Shown here piece after piece: positions 21,524 to 32,386 of a stretch of 64,000 nucleotides of DNA (position 1 is its first letter; the number at the start of each line of letters is the position of its first letter). The notes beneath the pieces were generated by a model, which was not told the DNA's origin, did no database searches, and worked only from the letters and a program-made list of their open reading frames with translations. The stretch is from an uncultured Candidatus Entotheonella sp. (GTDB lineage Bacteria; Tectomicrobia; Entotheonellia; Entotheonellales; Entotheonellaceae). The translations under genes were made by a program, and so were the position numbers. The stretch is from assembly GCA_965217185.1 (NCBI GenBank), contig OZ244252.1, forward strand, positions 3,648,001 through 3,712,000, given 5' to 3'.

Positions 21524-21973
21524 ATGCGGGCTGTGGTGCAACGGGTCTCGAAGGCCCGGGTCGACGTGGATGGCGAAACAGTGGGTGCCGTCGAGCAGGG
21601 CCTGCTGGTACTCTTGGGCGTGCAAACGCCGGATACGGAGCGGGATGCTGATTATCTGGCAGCGAAGATCGTCACGCTGCGGATTTTCAACGACGCGCAG
21701 GGCAAGATGAACCGCGACGTGCAGGACGTTCAGGGCGGCGTGCTGGTCGTGTCGCAGTTCACCTTGTACGGCGACACCCGCAAAGGGCGCCGCCCGTCGT
21801 TCGTTCAGGCGGCACCACCGGAACAGGCCGAACATCTTTACGAATACTTCCTCGAAGCCACCGCCCGGCACGGCGTGCCCGTCGCGCACGGCGTTTTTGG
21901 CGCCCACATGCAGGTGCACTTGGTCAACGATGGACCGGTGACACTGCTCCTCGACAGCCCTGGTAGCGGCTGA
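21524..21973 (+). CDS. dtd: D-aminoacyl-tRNA deacylase
   Basis: [26 protein letters not shown]. Confidence 0.97.
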   Translation: MRAVVQRVSKARVDVDGETVGAVEQGLLVLLGVQTPDTERDADYLAAKIVTLRIFNDAQGKMNRDVQDVQGGVLVVSQFTLYGDTRKGRRPSFVQAAPPEQAEHLYEYFLEATARHGVPVAHGVFGAHMQVHLVNDGPVTLLLDSPGSG

Positions 21974-22016
21974 GTCAATGGCAGAACGCATTGCATAAGG
22001 AAACGGGAGGGACCCC

Positions 22017-23798
22017 ATGGATACCAGCAGTATCCCACAGGTGTTTTTCGACCGTGCCGCCCAGCGCGGCGGGAAAACGGCCCACTTGGTCAAGCGGGAC
22101 GGAGTTTGGCGTGAGATTTCCTGGCAGGAGTTGCGGGACCTCGTGCGCCAAGTCGCCAGAGGCCTGCTGACGCTGGACCTGCAGGCGGGCGACCGCGTTG
22201 CCATCCTGTCCGACAGCCGGGCGGAATGGGTGCAGTGCGACCTTGGCATCATGGCCGCGGCGGGCATTACGGTGCCGATCTACGCCTCCTCAACGCCCGA
22301 TCAGGCCGCCTACATTCTGCAAAACTCCGGTGCGACGGCGATGTTCATTGATACGTCCGCGCAACTCGACAAGGTCCTGGCCGTTCGCGATCAGGTCCCG
22401 ACCCTGAAGCACATCGTCATGGTGGCGGATGACCCGCCGGGCGCCGATGATTCTATCCTGACGCTTGCCGACCTGATTCAAAGAGGCCGCGACGCCGCCG
22501 ATCAGGAAGCCGTTCTCGAAGAGCGCCTGCAAGGCCTGACGCCGGAACACGAGGCCACCTACGTTTATACCTCGGGCACCACGGGGCCGCCCAAGGGGGT
22601 CGTGCAAACCCACGGCAACCACCTGTTCATGATGGAGAGTTGCGGCGCGATCACCGACCTTGGCGAGGGCGACGTTAATCTGCTTTTTCTTCCTCTGGCG
22701 CATTCGTTCGCGCGCCTCGAATCCTTCCTCGGCTTTTACAAGGGCTGGACCACCGCCTTCGCGGAAAGCATCGACGCATTGTCGCAGAACATGCGCGAAG
22801 TCCGGCCCATGCTGGTGATGAGTGTGCCGCGGGTCTATGAAAAGGTTTACGCCAGCGTGCAAGCCGGTGCTGCCGGGTCGCCCGTCAAGCGAGCCATCTT
22901 CAACTGGTGCGTCGGCGTCGGGCGACAGGCCAGTCGCCTGCAGCAACAGGGCCAGCTGCTGCCGCTGGGCCTCAGCCTGAAAAGACACTTGGCACACCGG
23001 CTGGTGTTCGGGAAACTCCACGAAGCGCTCGGCGGGCGGTTGCGCTACTTCGTGTCCGGCGGCGCACCGCTGGCGCGGGAAATCGCCGAGTTCTTTCACG
23101 CTGCCGGCCTGCTCATCCTGGAAGGCTACGGTCTCACGGAGACCTGCCCGGCACTGACCGCCAATCGACACGACAACTACAAATTTGGCACTGTTGGCCT
23201 GCCGGTGCCGGGTGTGGAACTGCGCCTCAGCGACGACGACGAAATCCTGGCGCGCGGGCCGAACATTGCCAGTGGCTACTACCAGCGGCCGGAGGCGACG
23301 GCGGAGGTGTTTCTTGATGATGGCTGGTTCGCCACCGGGGACATCGGCGAGATCGATGCGGATGGCTTTCTGCGCATCACCGATCGCAAGAAGGACCTCC
23401 TGGTTACGGCCGGCGGCAAGAACGTGGCGCCGCAAAACATCGAGAATCTGCTCAAGGGCGATCCGCTCATCAGCCAGGCGATGGTCTATGGCGACCGCCG
23501 CCCCTTTCTGACCGCCGTGCTCACCCTCGACGTGGAGTCCGCGACGGCCTATGCCCGGGAGTTGGGCATCAGCGGCGACACGGTTGCTGAGTTGGCCGAA
23601 AACCCGCAAATCCGCACCCTGCTGGAGGGCCGTGTGGAACGGGTCAACCAGCGCTTGGCGCCGTATGAGTCGATCAAGAAGTTTGTGATTGCGCGGGAGG
23701 ATTTTACGGAGGCAAGCAACGAATTGACGCCGACGTTGAAGGTCAAACGGCAGGTGGTGACGCAGAAATATCAGGCTGAACTCGATCAGCTCTATTGA
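22017..23798 (+). CDS. Long-chain fatty acid-CoA ligase
   Basis: YTSGTTGPPKGV, EGYGLTE, GWFATGDIG, LTPTLKVKR. Confidence 0.93.
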   Translation: MDTSSIPQVFFDRAAQRGGKTAHLVKRDGVWREISWQELRDLVRQVARGLLTLDLQAGDRVAILSDSRAEWVQCDLGIMAAAGITVPIYASSTPDQAAYILQNSGATAMFIDTSAQLDKVLAVRDQVPTLKHIVMVADDPPGADDSILTLADLIQRGRDAADQEAVLEERLQGLTPEHEATYVYTSGTTGPPKGVVQTHGNHLFMMESCGAITDLGEGDVNLLFLPLAHSFARLESFLGFYKGWTTAFAESIDALSQNMREVRPMLVMSVPRVYEKVYASVQAGAAGSPVKRAIFNWCVGVGRQASRLQQQGQLLPLGLSLKRHLAHRLVFGKLHEALGGRLRYFVSGGAPLAREIAEFFHAAGLLILEGYGLTETCPALTANRHDNYKFGTVGLPVPGVELRLSDDDEILARGPNIASGYYQRPEATAEVFLDDGWFATGDIGEIDADGFLRITDRKKDLLVTAGGKNVAPQNIENLLKGDPLISQAMVYGDRRPFLTAVLTLDVESATAYARELGISGDTVAELAENPQIRTLLEGRVERVNQRLAPYESIKKFVIAREDFTEASNELTPTLKVKRQVVTQKYQAELDQLY

Positions 23799-23822
23799 TC
23801 TCGGGGAGGCGTGCGGAAGCGC

Positions 23823-24092
23823 CTAACGCTTGTCCAACTCCAGCTCGTAGAGCTTCTGGTACATCACGTCCCATTCCCGGCTGCCTTCCACGACCCGGCG
23901 CGTATAGGACGCCAAGGTTTGCCGGACGGCGAAGTCGACTTCCTCTTCGAGCCGGAGCGCTTCCTGGATGGCGCCCACGATCTGCAGCCGCACGGTGTTG
24001 GAGGGCATGCGGAGCGTCACCTCCGGCATTTCCTCCAGCCTCCGCACGAGGAGTTGTGAAAGATGGTTGACTTTTTCCCGTGAGAGGCTCAT
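23823..24092 (-). CDS. DUF507 family protein
   Basis: LSREKVNHLS..EGSREWDVMYQK. Confidence 0.75.
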   Translation of the reverse strand: MSLSREKVNHLSQLLVRRLEEMPEVTLRMPSNTVRLQIVGAIQEALRLEEEVDFAVRQTLASYTRRVVEGSREWDVMYQKLYELELDKR

Positions 24093-24123
24093 CGGTCTTC
24101 TTCCCCCGCTCTGAGCGGCCCGC

Positions 24124-24405
24124 CTACAAGATCAGCCCTCGGTCTCGCACAAGTTGGCGTTTGACCATGGAAAACATGCGCGAGTAGTCGATGTTGCCGC
24201 GGTCCATCTCGTTGATATGGGCTTCCAGGATGTCTCTTACCTCGTCGTTGAGGCGATCCTCAACCATAAGATCGTTGACGATCAGCCGGCCTACTTCCTC
24301 GGTTACGGCACGCGGGTCCACCTCGAGCTCCAGCATGTCTTTCCGGGTCAACACGTCCGTGATGGTCTTGGCGACGTGGTCGATCATTTTCCTGCCCAGT
24401 CGCAT
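24124..24405 (-). CDS. DUF507 family protein
   Basis: MRL..EDRLNDEVR..IDYSRMFSMVKRQLV..RGLIL; tandem paralogue. Confidence 0.75.
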   Translation of the reverse strand: MRLGRKMIDHVAKTITDVLTRKDMLELEVDPRAVTEEVGRLIVNDLMVEDRLNDEVRDILEAHINEMDRGNIDYSRMFSMVKRQLVRDRGLIL

Positions 24406-24634
24406 ACCCGTCCTCCTTCGCATATCCAGCAGATTCCAGGGAATGATATGTTGCGGACAACGCAAGTTCAAGCGCGTACGCGGCGAGTGGCGACTGCTTG
24501 CAAACCCTTTATGGATTGCCTACTATGCGGCCCAACTCCGGTTGGCGGTGTTTACGACGGGAGCGCACGTGCTGGATTGTGAGCGACAAATCCGCCCTGA
24601 GACCACGGGCCCTGCCGTGGCGAGGTCATTGACG

Positions 24635-24976
24635 ATGAAAATCGACGATACGGTAAACAGAATGGTCATGGTGATGATATTCCATCACGAGGGGCTGGAG
24701 GCGGCAGGCATCAAGGAGCGCAAGTTCTACGCCAAAGTGGTGGGGCGTGACTCCATCGGTCTGTGGATCGAAAACCCCAAGCTGGAGACCACCCGCGTGC
24801 GCTACGACAACGGCCTCCTCATCCCGCCGGACCAACGCCAGCACGAGGAGCACCTCGCCTACGTACTGATTCCCTGGGGCAACATCCGCTCCGTTGCCCA
24901 CTTTCCGGCCCGCGAGGACTTTGACGACACCGAGGACGAGGAAGCCAGCGCACTGGGCCGCGGCATGTATCTGTAA
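24635..24976 (+). CDS. Hypothetical protein (possible small beta-barrel)
   Basis: GAGG RBS; KVVGRDSIGLWIE..YVLIPWGNI. Confidence 0.7.
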   Translation: MKIDDTVNRMVMVMIFHHEGLEAAGIKERKFYAKVVGRDSIGLWIENPKLETTRVRYDNGLLIPPDQRQHEEHLAYVLIPWGNIRSVAHFPAREDFDDTEDEEASALGRGMYL

Positions 24977-24990
24977 GTTCTGTTCCTGCC

Positions 24991-25019
24991 CTGACAATGC
25001 CGGGGCGGTATGCTACCAT
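24991..25019 (+). promoter_or_regulatory. Putative sigma70 promoter of the DsbA-like gene
   Basis: CTGACA-17 nt-TACCAT with extended TG. Confidence 0.5.
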
Positions 25020-25083
25020 CGACCTTTCCCATTCACACCATGCCAAGGGTCGCACGGATCGCAACGCAGCAAGGAGAACCTTC

Positions 25084-25746
25084 ATGAGCCAAGGCTACCA
25101 CTTCACCATCTGGAGTTGTTACGTTTGACCATACGCTTGGCGAGCCGCGGAGTGGCTCGATCGCGTGAAAGACAAATTGGGCGAAAACCTGAAAATTACC
25201 TGGAAGTCGTTTCTGCTTGAGCAAGTCAACAGTCGCCGTGGGCTGGAGTGGAAAGCCTGGGATGACTCCCGTTTCACCAGCCGCGACATCCCGCCGCATG
25301 AGGCCGCCAAGAGCATTCTGGCCGAGCAGGGCGAGGACGCTTTCAACAGGTTCCATATTGCCGTGTTCCGGGCGCATCACCAGCAAAAGCGGGACATTGC
25401 CAATCCCCTCGAACTGATGCAGTTGGCCCGCGAGGTCGATGTTGACCCCACCGTGTTGGCCGAGGACCTGCGCACCCGCAAGTACCGTGCTGCCGTCGGC
25501 GCCGACCATCAGGAATCGGACGAGCACGACATTTTCGGCGTACCGACTATCCTCTTCGACGGCTATCAGCCCACCTTCATCAAGCTCGATTCCGGGGCAT
25601 GGGAAGGGCCGGACGACGTGGAACTTTTCCACGCGCTGTACAACATTGCCGCCCCGCGTCCGTACGTCATGGAGATCAAGAAACCCGCCTCGGCGACGGT
25701 CGCTGCCGCTTCGGAGGCGCGCCGCCGTACGGATGAGGGACGCTAG
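25084..25746 (+). CDS. DsbA/FrnE-like thioredoxin-fold protein, probable selenoprotein (UGA at codon 15)
   Basis: AAGGAG RBS + ATG 25084; FTIWSCYV*PYAWR in frame with ORF 25165..25746; FGVPT cis-Pro motif. Confidence 0.85.
25141..25159 (+). promoter_or_regulatory. Putative bacterial SECIS hairpin
   Basis: CGAGCCGC-GGA-GTGGCTCG stem-loop beginning 12 nt after the TGA at 25126-25128. Confidence 0.7.
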
Positions 25747-25828
25747 GCGGCTTAACGGCCGTGCCGGCAGGAGGGCCGCTCCGAGGGCCCTCTGCTGGCT
25801 TTGAATTAGGCAGGCAGAAAGGTCGATT

Positions 25829-26167
25829 GTGGCCGAATCGCTGGACTCGTATTACCCCGTGGAAATTCAGCGCGATGACGGCGGCGCCCTGCGCATCCTG
25901 TGGAACGACGGGCGTGCCTGCTTCTATAAATACAGCAATCTGCGCCGCGTCTGCCCCTGCGCCACCTGTGGCGAACTGCGCACCCAACAGCAGGAAGCCG
26001 CCAAAAATCCCTTCCAGACCGTGACCACCGTCACCACCCAAGACGTGCAGCCGGTGCACCTGAACACCGTAGGCCATTACGCCCTCGGCATCGAGTGGGA
26101 CGACGGCCACCGCACCGGCATCTACCCTTGGGCCATGCTGCGGGCGCTCTGCGAAGACGACGACTAG
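25829..26167 (+). CDS. DUF971 / GBBH-like N-terminal domain protein
   Basis: LRRVCPCATC, VGHYALGIEWDDGHRTGIY. Confidence 0.88.
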   Translation: MAESLDSYYPVEIQRDDGGALRILWNDGRACFYKYSNLRRVCPCATCGELRTQQQEAAKNPFQTVTTVTTQDVQPVHLNTVGHYALGIEWDDGHRTGIYPWAMLRALCEDDD

Positions 26168-26192
26168 ACCGACCACCCCACCCGTCCGGTCC

Positions 26193-26645
26193 TCATACCG
26201 GCTTCTTACGCATCAAGCCCGCTCGGCGAATTCGTGCCACCAGTTCCTCGCGTTGGTTGGCGGCGCGGTGCTCGAAAAACACCACCCCGGCGTCCGGACG
26301 CGACCGCGATTCCCGTTTGTCCATGACTTCCGTCTCGATATACAGCGTATCGCCGTGGAACACGGGTTTCGGGAATTCGATCTTGTCAAATCCCAGATTG
26401 GCCACCGTCGTCCCCAGCGTCGTATCTCCCACCGACAGCCCCACAGCAATCCCCAGCGTCAACAGGCTGTTGACCAGCCGCTGCCCGAATTCCGTCTGAC
26501 TGGCAAATGCCGCGTCCAGGTGAAGCGGCTGCGGGTTCATCGTCATGGTGGTGAACAGCACGTTGTCCGCCTCCGTCACCGTGCGCCCGGGCTGGTGCCT
26601 GAACACCTGCCCAACGGTAAATTCCTCGAAATACAATCCAGCCAT
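26193..26645 (-). CDS. MaoC family dehydratase
   Basis: [30 protein letters not shown]. Confidence 0.9.
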   Translation of the reverse strand: MAGLYFEEFTVGQVFRHQPGRTVTEADNVLFTTMTMNPQPLHLDAAFASQTEFGQRLVNSLLTLGIAVGLSVGDTTLGTTVANLGFDKIEFPKPVFHGDTLYIETEVMDKRESRSRPDAGVVFFEHRAANQREELVARIRRAGLMRKKPV

Positions 26646-26746
26646 TACCAAGGGTCTCCTTCCGCCTGTTGGGTATGATTGCCGACCGCAGGCATGGTAT
26701 CGGAACCCGATCCTGGATACCATGCCTGGAAAAGGGGGATGATCCT

Positions 26747-29700
26747 GTGAACCAAAAAGCCATCTTTTCCAGCTATTTCAAGGACCTTGCCACGATTGCG
26801 CGGCAAGGCGACGCGCGAGAGGAGAGCTTCTACCCAGCCTTGGCGACGATGCTCAAAGAGGTCGCCGATAACAGCGGCCGACAGCACGTTCACGTCACCA
26901 CTCTGCCCAAACCGACCGAGGGCGGGAATCCGGATTTCCGGTTGTGGAACGGCACCGATCGCATCATCGGCTACGTCGAGGCCAAGCGGCCGACCGAAGA
27001 GCGCCTGGACGACGTCGAAAATTCCGAGCAGTTGCGGCGCTACCGATCGACCTTCCCGAATCTGCTGCTCACCAACTTTCTGGAGTTCCGCCTGTACCGC
27101 AACGGGGTGCGGGAGCAGACGGTTCTGGCCGCCCGCCCCCTGGTACTCAACCAGTTGCAAACGGCGCCGCCGGTTGAACGGCCGGAAGAGCTTTCAGTCC
27201 TCCTTGAGCGCTTCCTTGGTTTTGCCCTGCCCAAGATGTTCACCGCCGAATCCCTCGCCGTGGAGTTGGCCAAGCGCACGCGCCTGCTTCGGGATGTCGT
27301 CCGGAACCAGTATGACAACGAAGCAGACAACCCCGGCATGCTGCGCGGCTTCTTCGACGCCTTCCGGGAATACCTCATCGGCTCGCTGACACCGGAGACG
27401 TTCGCCGACCTGTTTGCGCAGACTATCACCTACGGTCTCTTTGCGGCCCGCATCCGCGCCGGGGAGGGCTTCAATCGCCGCGCCGCGTTCGACAACATTC
27501 CCCACACCATCGGCGTCCTGCGCGACATGTTCCGCTTCATCTCGCTGGGCGATCTGTCGGAACCGCTCGCCTGGTGCGTAGACGACCTCGCCGAAGTCCT
27601 GGCCGTGGCCGACGGTCCAGGCATTCTCGGCCGCTACTACCGGGAGGGCAAGGGCAGCGACCCCATCGTGCATTTCTACGAGACGTTTCTGGCGCAGTAC
27701 GACCCCGACGAGCGCGAGCGGCGCGGCGTCTACTACACCCCCGAACCGGTGGTCGGCTACATCGTCCGTTCCCTGCACGGCGTGCTCAAGACTGAGTTCG
27801 GTCTGCGCGACGGCTTGGCCTCGGAGGGCGTGACGCTGCTCGATCCCGCGGCGGGTACCATGACCTTCGTGGCCCGTGCCGCCCAAGAGGCGGTTGCCGA
27901 GTTTGAAACCAAGTACGGCAGCGGCGGCAAGGCAGACTTCATCCGCCAGCACGTCCTCAAGAACTTCTACGCCCTCGAACTGATGATGGCGCCCTACGCG
28001 GTCGGCCACCTCAAGATGAGCTTCTTCCTGGAAGAGCTCGGCCACCGCCTGGAAGACGACGAGCGCATGCCGTTCTACCTCACCAACACCCTGGACTGGA
28101 AGGAACTGGAGGAAAGCCGCTTGCCCGGCATTTCGGCTCTGGCCGCCGAGTCCCGCCTGGCAGGCGCGGTGAAGAAGGAAAAGCCGGTCCTGCTCATCCT
28201 CGGCAATCCGCCCTATTCGGGGCACTCCAGCAACAAGGGCGACTGGATACGCGGCCTGATCGACGACTACAAGCAGGTGGACGGCCGGCCGCTGGGCGAG
28301 AAAAACCCGAAATGGCTGCAGAACGACTACGTCAAGTTCCTGCGCTACGCCCAGTGGAAAATCGAGCAAACCGGACGCGGCGTTGTCGGCATGATCACCG
28401 ACCACAGCTACCTCGACGGCCCCACCTTCCGCGGCATGCGTTATAACCTGCTGCGAGTCTTTGACGACATCTACATTCTCGACCTGCACGGCAACGCCCG
28501 AAAGAAGGAAACCGGCCCGGATGGCAGCCCGGACCAGAGCGTCTTCGACATCATGGAGGGGGTGGCCATTGCCTTCTTCGTGAAGCGTGGCGATTCAACA
28601 CCGGACGGCCGGGGCGACAACGCCGTGGTGCATCACGCCGGGCGTTTCGGGAGCCGTGGAAGCAAATACGACTGGCTGCACGCGCACGACCGGGACAGCA
28701 CCGAGTGGCAGGCGCTGAATCCCGCGTCGCCGCACTACCTGTTCGTGCCGCGTGACGAGGCGCTCGAGGCCGCTTACAACCGGTTCATGCCGGTGACCGA
28801 GGTCTTCCCCGTGCACAGCGTCGGCATCGTGACGGCGCGCGACGGCCTGACGATTCGCTGGTCCGCGGACGAGGTGTGGAACACGGTGACCGTTTTTTCG
28901 CGGATGGAGCCGGAGTTGGCTCGGCAAGGGTACGAGCTTGGCAATGATGCGCGGGACTGGAAAGTGACGTTGGCGCAGCAGGATTTGCGCGCTTCGGGGC
29001 CTACCCGCGAACGGGTGGTGCCGATCCTGTACCGGCCCTTTGACGTGCGCCACACCTATTACACCGGGCACTCGCGCGGGTTCATCTGCATGCCGCGTCC
29101 CGAGGTCATGCGCCACATGCTGGCCGGGGAGAACCGGGCGCTGCACGTCTGCCGGCAAACGGTCAGCGAAACGTGGCAGCATTGCCTGGTTACGAATGGT
29201 CTCACGGATGATTGTTACGTGTCCAACAAGACCCGAGAGCGCGGATATACCCTTCCCTTGTATCTCTATCCCACTGCCGACCGCGGTGACCTCTTTGCAA
29301 GGCTCGAGTCGTCCGCCCGACAGCCCAACCTGAATCCCAAGCTGGTCGTGGCCCTGACCGCAGCGCATGGCCAAACACCCGCGCCCGAGGATGTCCTCCA
29401 CTACATCTACGCCATCCTGTACGCCCCAATCTATCGCGCCGCGTACGCCGAGTTTCTGCGCACCGACTTCCCGCGCGTTCCGTTCACGAAGGATCGCGTC
29501 GTGTTTACCCAAGTCGCGGCCTTGGGCGCGCGATTGACTGGCCTGCACCTCTTGGACTCCCCCGAACTCGACACACCGACCTGCCGCTTCGAGGGCGACG
29601 GCGATGCCGTGGTGGTCCGAACGAAGACGCAGGGCTTTCGCTACGACTTGGACGCCCAGCGCGTGTACATCAACAAAACTCAGTATTTCGGTCCCGTCTC

Positions 29701-29899
29701 GCCGGAGGTCCATGATTACCGCATCGGCGGCTACCAAGTCTGCGACAAATGGCTGAAAGACCACAAGGACCGCCGCCTCGACCTCGACGACATCCGTACC
29801 TACTGCTGGATGGTGACGGCCATCGGGATGACGCTCAGGATTCAGGAATTGGTAGACGATTTGTATCCTGAGACCGAGAAGGATATCGTGACGATATAA
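26747..29899 (+). CDS. Single-chain restriction-modification enzyme (Type IIG / ISP-like, N6-adenine MTase)
   Basis: PD..EAK nuclease motif, [24 protein letters not shown] and IGGYQV..KWLK specificity-domain motifs. Confidence 0.9.
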   Translation: MNQKAIFSSYFKDLATIARQGDAREESFYPALATMLKEVADNSGRQHVHVTTLPKPTEGGNPDFRLWNGTDRIIGYVEAKRPTEERLDDVENSEQLRRYRSTFPNLLLTNFLEFRLYRNGVREQTVLAARPLVLNQLQTAPPVERPEELSVLLERFLGFALPKMFTAESLAVELAKRTRLLRDVVRNQYDNEADNPGMLRGFFDAFREYLIGSLTPETFADLFAQTITYGLFAARIRAGEGFNRRAAFDNIPHTIGVLRDMFRFISLGDLSEPLAWCVDDLAEVLAVADGPGILGRYYREGKGSDPIVHFYETFLAQYDPDERERRGVYYTPEPVVGYIVRSLHGVLKTEFGLRDGLASEGVTLLDPAAGTMTFVARAAQEAVAEFETKYGSGGKADFIRQHVLKNFYALELMMAPYAVGHLKMSFFLEELGHRLEDDERMPFYLTNTLDWKELEESRLPGISALAAESRLAGAVKKEKPVLLILGNPPYSGHSSNKGDWIRGLIDDYKQVDGRPLGEKNPKWLQNDYVKFLRYAQWKIEQTGRGVVGMITDHSYLDGPTFRGMRYNLLRVFDDIYILDLHGNARKKETGPDGSPDQSVFDIMEGVAIAFFVKRGDSTPDGRGDNAVVHHAGRFGSRGSKYDWLHAHDRDSTEWQALNPASPHYLFVPRDEALEAAYNRFMPVTEVFPVHSVGIVTARDGLTIRWSADEVWNTVTVFSRMEPELARQGYELGNDARDWKVTLAQQDLRASGPTRERVVPILYRPFDVRHTYYTGHSRGFICMPRPEVMRHMLAGENRALHVCRQTVSETWQHCLVTNGLTDDCYVSNKTRERGYTLPLYLYPTADRGDLFARLESSARQPNLNPKLVVALTAAHGQTPAPEDVLHYIYAILYAPIYRAAYAEFLRTDFPRVPFTKDRVVFTQVAALGARLTGLHLLDSPELDTPTCRFEGDGDAVVVRTKTQGFRYDLDAQRVYINKTQYFGPVSPEVHDYRIGGYQVCDKWLKDHKDRRLDLDDIRTYCWMVTAIGMTLRIQELVDDLYPETEKDIVTI

Positions 29900-30012
29900 A
29901 CCTGACGACGGGCCGGTGTGGAATGACCTCTAAACTTGACAACTTAACAGCGATTGGACTCGTGCGATAACGCAGTCACGACGCTTGGTCTGTGGTGTTA
30001 GAAAGGTGTCAA

Positions 30013-30947
30013 ATGTCCATTTCTCCACAACTCCATATTCGTGAAGAGTTCTTTCGTTTCCTTGAAGCCCCTACCCGCGAGAATTTTCGAGAATTACTTC
30101 GGGGGCATTTAGGCGAGTTCGATTTCTTGGATTTCAAGGAGAATTGGCCCGAAAAATCAAAGCTAGCCAAACACATTGGGCGTAGGTCTCAAATTGACCA
30201 GTTAGGCGGCCCGTCCGTGCGCCAATTTTGTAGATAAACCAACAATACCCCAGAGGAGTGCTGCCCATCACCCACCGTCCTACGTGACACTTTGTCACCT
30301 CGCGCATCAATCATGTCCCCAAGCCGTACCAAACCCCCTCAGAATCGCTCAATTTCGGACTTACACCCAACACATTCTGGCGTTTGCCAACAGCGGTACC
30401 GGCTGTCTTGTCATTAGGTGTAGCAGGAAAAGAAGACGGAACTCATGACATCAAAGGGCTACCTGTTCTCAAAGACAAGACAGAATTGAAGGATTCTGTG
30501 CAAAAATTCCTTCCCGAAACGGTGGTCTATAATATCTTCGACTTTGAATATGATGCCGCTGAGTATCAACACATTAGCGGTAAGAAATTCCAGCTTCTAT
30601 GGGTTGTGCATCATGATGAGTCCATACCCATATTATCTTTAACTGATGGTGCCTCAATAAAAGAAAATTGTATTTATATTCGTCACAATGATAGCACCAG
30701 GGAGGAAAACCATAATCAAATTCAGGCTCTCATTAACAAAAGAATCACGCGCTCGATGCAAACACCCAAGAGTCGGAAACTAAATGAGCATCTGTCTGAA
30801 CTGGAGGCTCTCTGCAGAAGAAAATCCGTACATCATTCACTTTTAGAACTCTTCGATCCCATACATCCCATGCAAAGGTTTTATAAGTTTCTTGATAGTA
30901 TGATTGCCCTGAAGGAATCAAAGATAAAGGAGCTACTTGAATCTTAG
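30013..30947 (+). pseudogene. AlbA_2/Schlafen-like domain protein disrupted by a MITE and a +1 frameshift
   Basis: LDFKE..LAKHI|LAFANSG.GCLVI/GV..YIRHNDST once the insert is removed. Confidence 0.8.
30178..30368. mobile_element. 191-bp MITE with 8-bp target site duplication
   Basis: AACACATT at 30170-30177 and 30369-30376; 20-bp imperfect IRs GGGCGTAGGTCTCAAATTGA / GGGTGTAAGTCCGAAATTGA. Confidence 0.92.
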
Positions 30948-31185
30948 CCTGATGTCTAATTGATGTATGAAAAGGACGCTCTATGAAGCGTTTTCAGAAT
31001 ACGGTGTATCGGAGTTGGAATCCGCAATCCATCAGTAGGGGAATAAATGAGTCGGGGGGATTTTAGAGCAATTGCGTGCCCAGCGGCGCGAGCACTAAAA
31101 TACCGCTTGATTGTGTTCCCCGCTCAAATGTCTTGAAAGGTGATACGCGTAACTCATTGCGCTGCCTTGGAAAGGAGCGAAGGCT

Positions 31186-31851
31186 ATGGCAAGGCAACGT
31201 TCCGAAATCGTGTTAGCCGCCATCGCAGCCGGTGGGCCGGAAGCGCGATACGACCCGGTTCGTGCGCAAAAGCTCTTCTTCCTGATCGATAGAGAAATCC
31301 CGGAATTCATAGGCGGCCCTTATTTTCGTTTCGAGCCTCATCATTACGGCCCATTCGATGAGGCGGTCTACGAGGAACTCGATAGATTGGCCGAACGGCA
31401 GAAGGTAAGCATAGATACAGACGAGGGTTATAATCGGTATTCGCTGACGGATACAGGCTACGCGAAGGGCACGGCGGTTTTGGATGTGCTTCCAGACCCG
31501 ACGTCGAGCTACATGGAAAATACCGCCAAGTGGGTACGTTTTGTTCCGTTGAAGCAACTACTGTCTACGATCTATCGACAATATCCTGAAATGGCAGTCA
31601 ACAGCATTATTCCGCAGGTGGCGTCTGGCTATTCTCATGCGTCCTTTCGTTTCGCAATGCCATCTTTCCTCTCAGGTATAGCGCGGACGCTCGACTTCAT
31701 GGGAACCCTCGACGGTTATCAATTGCGCACGAGTGACGAGCGCCTCGATGCGTTGGCGGTCTATCACGACTGGAGCGCGGTAGGGGACGACCTCGGGGCG
31801 GCTATGAGCGCTCAGCTTATTCAAGGGACACCCCGTGAGCCGCAGACGTAA
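31186..31851 (+). CDS. Panacea/DUF4065-like wHTH domain fused to a small DUF2335-associated domain
   Basis: QKLFFLID, FEPHHYGPFD, IYRQYPEM; C-terminal SFLSGIARTLD..DWSAVGDDL. Confidence 0.6.
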   Translation: MARQRSEIVLAAIAAGGPEARYDPVRAQKLFFLIDREIPEFIGGPYFRFEPHHYGPFDEAVYEELDRLAERQKVSIDTDEGYNRYSLTDTGYAKGTAVLDVLPDPTSSYMENTAKWVRFVPLKQLLSTIYRQYPEMAVNSIIPQVASGYSHASFRFAMPSFLSGIARTLDFMGTLDGYQLRTSDERLDALAVYHDWSAVGDDLGAAMSAQLIQGTPREPQT

Positions 31852-32356
31852 TAGGCGTAGCAATCTGCGACAGACGTCGAGTCCACCGCGGACTGTTGAT
31901 AAACAATCACCGCGCGCATCCACTCTTCCCTCAGAAATCGACAGCGCAGTCAGACTCCGGATTCAGGAGACGCTGGCGGTTCGGTCTGAGCTCTTTTCTG
32001 GCCCGCTTCCCCATCCGGACCATCTGGCGGCGTATGAACGAATAATGCCGGGGGCGGCCAAATATATTTTTCAGGCGTTCGGAGCAGAGGGGGAACATCG
32101 GCGTGCCACAGAATCGAAAGTTGCAGGTTCCAATATGCGGTTGGAGTCACGAGGCCAAATCTTCGGATTTGTTATCGCAATGACTGCGCTCATTGGCGGT
32201 ATTGGTCTGATGGCTTTCGATAAATCCATCTCGGGAGCAGCAATCAGCCTATCCGCCTTTGCTACTCTGATCGGTGTGTTCGTCTGGTCAAAACGCCAAA
32301 AAAAGCGCGAGTTAGGCGAGAAGTCTGATCCTACGGCGCTCGGTAGCATGTGCTGA
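31835..32356 (+). CDS. DUF2335 membrane protein
   Basis: FSGPLPHPDHLAAYERIMPGAA..EHRR..RGQIFG + 2 TM. Confidence 0.85.
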   Translation: MSRRRNRRSNLRQTSSPPRTVDKQSPRASTLPSEIDSAVRLRIQETLAVRSELFSGPLPHPDHLAAYERIMPGAAKYIFQAFGAEGEHRRATESKVAGSNMRLESRGQIFGFVIAMTALIGGIGLMAFDKSISGAAISLSAFATLIGVFVWSKRQKKRELGEKSDPTALGSMC

Positions 32357-32386
32357 GCCGGCGCAGAGTAATCCGATCGACGCCAT

